From an uncultured Actinomycetota bacterium (lineage in GTDB: Bacteria > Actinomycetota > Actinomycetes > Sporichthyales > Sporichthyaceae), in the NCBI GenBank assembly GCA_963756785.1, contig CAVWPF010000007.1, positions 21,117 to 45,116 of the forward strand: a DNA stretch of 24,000 nucleotides. Direction: 5' to 3'. Shown here one piece after another: positions 22,075 to 24,000 of the stretch. Every line of letters begins with the position of its first letter. Positions within the stretch are counted from its first letter, which is position 1. The notes under the pieces are model-generated. The model did no database searches. It worked only from the letters and a program-made list of their open reading frames with translations, and had not been told where the DNA came from. Made by a program: the position numbers and the translations under genes.

Positions 22075-23523
22075 ATGCGGATGGGGGTTCGCATGGGCAA
22101 GGTCCGTGGGTCGCGTGGCCCGACGGTGGCGGCGGGTGCGGCGATGACGCTCATCGGCGCGTACGCCACCGCGACGGTGGGAACGTCCGATGCGGCATCG
22201 CCGGAATTGCTGGGTCTGATGCCCGGCCTTCCCGTGGAGCACACGCGTGCCCTGCCCAAGCTCAACGTGGAGGGCGGCGCCGCGGGGGTCGGTGCGTTGC
22301 TCGCCGGACTCTCGGAGCGGACGGCCGTCTCCCGCGACCCCGCGCCGGCGCTGGTGGCGAGCCCCCTCGCCGCCCCGCAGGTGCGCAACCCGGAACGGTC
22401 GCGGGCGGTGCCGGAGCGCTGCCGGCCCGCGAGCGGTCTGCTGCGCAACGACCCGGTGCGCGAGTTCGGCCTCCCCGGGGGCGCCTCGGTCTCGATCTGG
22501 GACACCGGTTCCCGCGCGAACCCGATGGACGAGGCGCGCCTCGTCGCCGTCCGCATCCCGAAGGGCACGCTGACCCCGGGGGTGCTCACGCCCTCGGCCG
22601 CGCTCGGCTCGTTGGCGACCCCGGCCAAGATGGCCGCCGGTCACGGCAAGGCCGTGGTCGTCATCAACGGCGGCGTCTACGACACCGACACCAAGATCCC
22701 GACCGGCGCGGTGCAGGTCGGGGAGCGGCCGCGCAAGGCGGACAGCCTGGGCAGCCGCGCGATCGCCATCTACGACGGGTTGAAGTCCGCGGTCGTCACC
22801 CGCACCGGGTTGACCGGTCTGGTCTCCTCCGACCGGGGCGACGTCCCGGTCGCGGCGATCAACTGGGAGGAGCTCTCCAAGGAGGGCATCACCGCCTACA
22901 CCCACAGCTGGAACGCCGCTCGTCACCCGGCCGGACCACGGACCGTCGTGGTCCGCAGCGGCAGGGTCCGCGAGGTTCTCGCCAAGGCCGCGGGCATGCG
23001 TCGCCCGGCCGCCGGCGAGACGTTCCTGACCGTCCGCAACGGCAGCAAGTACCTCGGGGCGCTGAAGGCGATGCGCATCGGCGACCGCGTGGACGTCGAG
23101 ACCGCCGTGTCCAGTGTCCGGGAGGACCACTCCGACCGGCCCGCACTCGACAAGCCGTCGGCTGTGATCGGCGTCAGCGCCGCGCTGGTCCGCTACGGCC
23201 ACGTCACCGCGCCCTGCAGTGCGCGGGACAACCAGCTGCGTCCCCGTTCGGCGCTGGCCTGGACCGCCGACGGCGACATGCTGGTCGTCACCGTCGCCGG
23301 CCGTGCCCTCGCCGGCGGGCTTCGCATGGGCGGCGCTTCGGCCTACGGCTGGGGTCAGTACCTGCAGCGGCTCGGCGCCGTCTCCGCCGTGAACCTGGAC
23401 GGTGGGGGATCCACCGCGCTGCTGGTCCGGCGCGAGGTGGGCGGGCCGCTGACCCGCCTGGACCGGGGCGACCGCGACGCGCAGCGCGCGGTCGCGAATG
23501 CGCTCGCGTTCACGACGGACTGA
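22075..23523 (+). CDS. Secreted phosphodiester glycosidase family protein, paralog 2 (with an extra roughly 90-aa N-terminal insertion)
   Basis: Start re-set to ATG 22075 (MRMGVRMGKVRGSRGPTVAAGAAMTLIGAYATATVGTSDA signal); ATGs at 22081 and 22093 are alternatives. VVVINGGVY, QLRPRSALAWTADGDMLVVTVAGR and YGWGQYLQRLGAVSAVNLDGGGSTALL are present. A 7-bp-stem hairpin GGTGCGC-GGCCGT-GCGCACC lies at 22046-22065, just upstream. Confidence 0.85.
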   Translation: MRMGVRMGKVRGSRGPTVAAGAAMTLIGAYATATVGTSDAASPELLGLMPGLPVEHTRALPKLNVEGGAAGVGALLAGLSERTAVSRDPAPALVASPLAAPQVRNPERSRAVPERCRPASGLLRNDPVREFGLPGGASVSIWDTGSRANPMDEARLVAVRIPKGTLTPGVLTPSAALGSLATPAKMAAGHGKAVVVINGGVYDTDTKIPTGAVQVGERPRKADSLGSRAIAIYDGLKSAVVTRTGLTGLVSSDRGDVPVAAINWEELSKEGITAYTHSWNAARHPAGPRTVVVRSGRVREVLAKAAGMRRPAAGETFLTVRNGSKYLGALKAMRIGDRVDVETAVSSVREDHSDRPALDKPSAVIGVSAALVRYGHVTAPCSARDNQLRPRSALAWTADGDMLVVTVAGRALAGGLRMGGASAYGWGQYLQRLGAVSAVNLDGGGSTALLVRREVGGPLTRLDRGDRDAQRAVANALAFTTD

Positions 23524-23614
23524 GTCCTTTCCGGGTTCGGCGCGGCGAGGCGTTCGAAATTCGCCATCTCCCAGGTTGGTGAAGAAGGATGGGCCCCGGG
23601 GAGGGGGTCCCGTT

Positions 23615-24000
23615 GTGAATGTTCGTTTCCGCCGCGTGCCGGCGCCGGCCGTGTCCGCAGTTCTGGTGCTCGGCGTTCTGGTTGCCGAGGGAGCGGCGAG
23701 CCCGGCCCGGCCGGCCGCTCCGCAGGACTCGGCGGCGTGCCGCACTCCGAGCACCCTTGTCCTGGAGCCGCCGAAGCGCGCCTTCGAACTGCCCGGTGGC
23801 GCCACCGCGCAGGTGTGGGAGCACCGCCTCCAGGGCAAGCGGACGAAGCGATTCGTCGCCGTGCACATCCCGCGGGGGACGCTGGTCCCGCGCGCGGTGG
23901 CGGCCTCGACGCTCAGCAAACCGTCCACGCCGGCCTCGCAGGTGAAGTCCGACCCGAACGCCGTGGTCGTTCTCAACGGAGGCGTGTACGACCCCTCGGG
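23615..24000 (+). CDS. Secreted phosphodiester glycosidase family protein, paralog 3 (5' part; runs off the right edge)
   Basis: Absent from the ORF track because it has no stop in the window. GTG 23615 is preceded by GGAGGGG. Translation: VNVRFRRVPAPAVSAVLVLGVLVAEGAASPARPAAPQDSAACRTPSTLVLEPPKRAFELPGGATAQVWEHRLQGKRTKRFVAVHIPRGTLVPRAVAASTLSKPSTPASQVKSDPNAVVVLNGGVYDPS. It is collinear with the N-terminal domains of paralogs 1 and 2. The track ORF 23619..23945 is the wrong frame. Confidence 0.78.
   Translation, partial: MNVRFRRVPAPAVSAVLVLGVLVAEGAASPARPAAPQDSAACRTPSTLVLEPPKRAFELPGGATAQVWEHRLQGKRTKRFVAVHIPRGTLVPRAVAASTLSKPSTPASQVKSDPNAVVVLNGGVYDPS

Noticed and set aside
21301-23976. 891-aa minus-strand ORF, the longest in the track
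   Set aside because: It lies antisense to two well-supported phosphodiester glycosidase genes that have signal peptides and family motifs. Its translation is Arg/Gly/Pro/Ala-rich with no recognisable domain. This is a typical high-GC shadow ORF.

Overview
High-GC (about 70%) actinobacterial-type chromosomal DNA, densely coding, with many 4-nt start/stop overlaps. All family assignments come from motifs I recognise by eye, not from searches.

Left to right:
- The 5' end of a transglutaminase-family gene, then a nitrilase.
- A start-less orphan ORF, a DUF6069-like membrane protein, and the RNase P RNA gene rnpB.
- A lower-GC islet (about 50-62% GC) encoding two secreted or lipoproteins, then an SRPBCC protein.
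- A minus-strand locus at about 5.1-11.85 kb, which I consider the most interesting part. It holds a translationally coupled trio: a multi-cluster radical SAM enzyme, an ArsM-like Cys-lined SAM methyltransferase, and a CxxxxC flavoprotein disulfide reductase. With it sit a small 2-TM protein, a DUF427 / MerT-like transporter / glutaredoxin-like operon, a membrane protein with an intramembrane CPTC motif, and a Crp/Fnr-family regulator.
- Five perfect TGTCAG-N4-CTGACA palindromes lie in front of exactly these five transcription units and nowhere else that I could see in the window. This defines a compact private regulon, possibly for soft-metal or metalloid handling or alkylation. It is not a canonical mer or ars operon.
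- Divergent from that locus: a membrane protein, an ECF sigma factor, a ZAS-motif anti-sigma factor, a DUF3179 Tat-lipoprotein (CPLC), a TlpA-like thioredoxin lipoprotein, CcdA and an NrtS-like protein. Together they look like an extracytoplasmic thiol-redox module.
- A haloacid-dehalogenase-type hydrolase, a methyltransferase and a haloalkane-dehalogenase-type hydrolase trio, then an acidic hypothetical protein.
- A tandem array of three secreted phosphodiester glycosidase (NAGPA/DUF2233-like) paralogs, preceded by a decayed fourth copy.

Many long ORFs in the supplied track are opposite-strand or off-frame shadows typical of high-GC DNA. Several track ORFs are 5'-overextended, and I re-set their starts.
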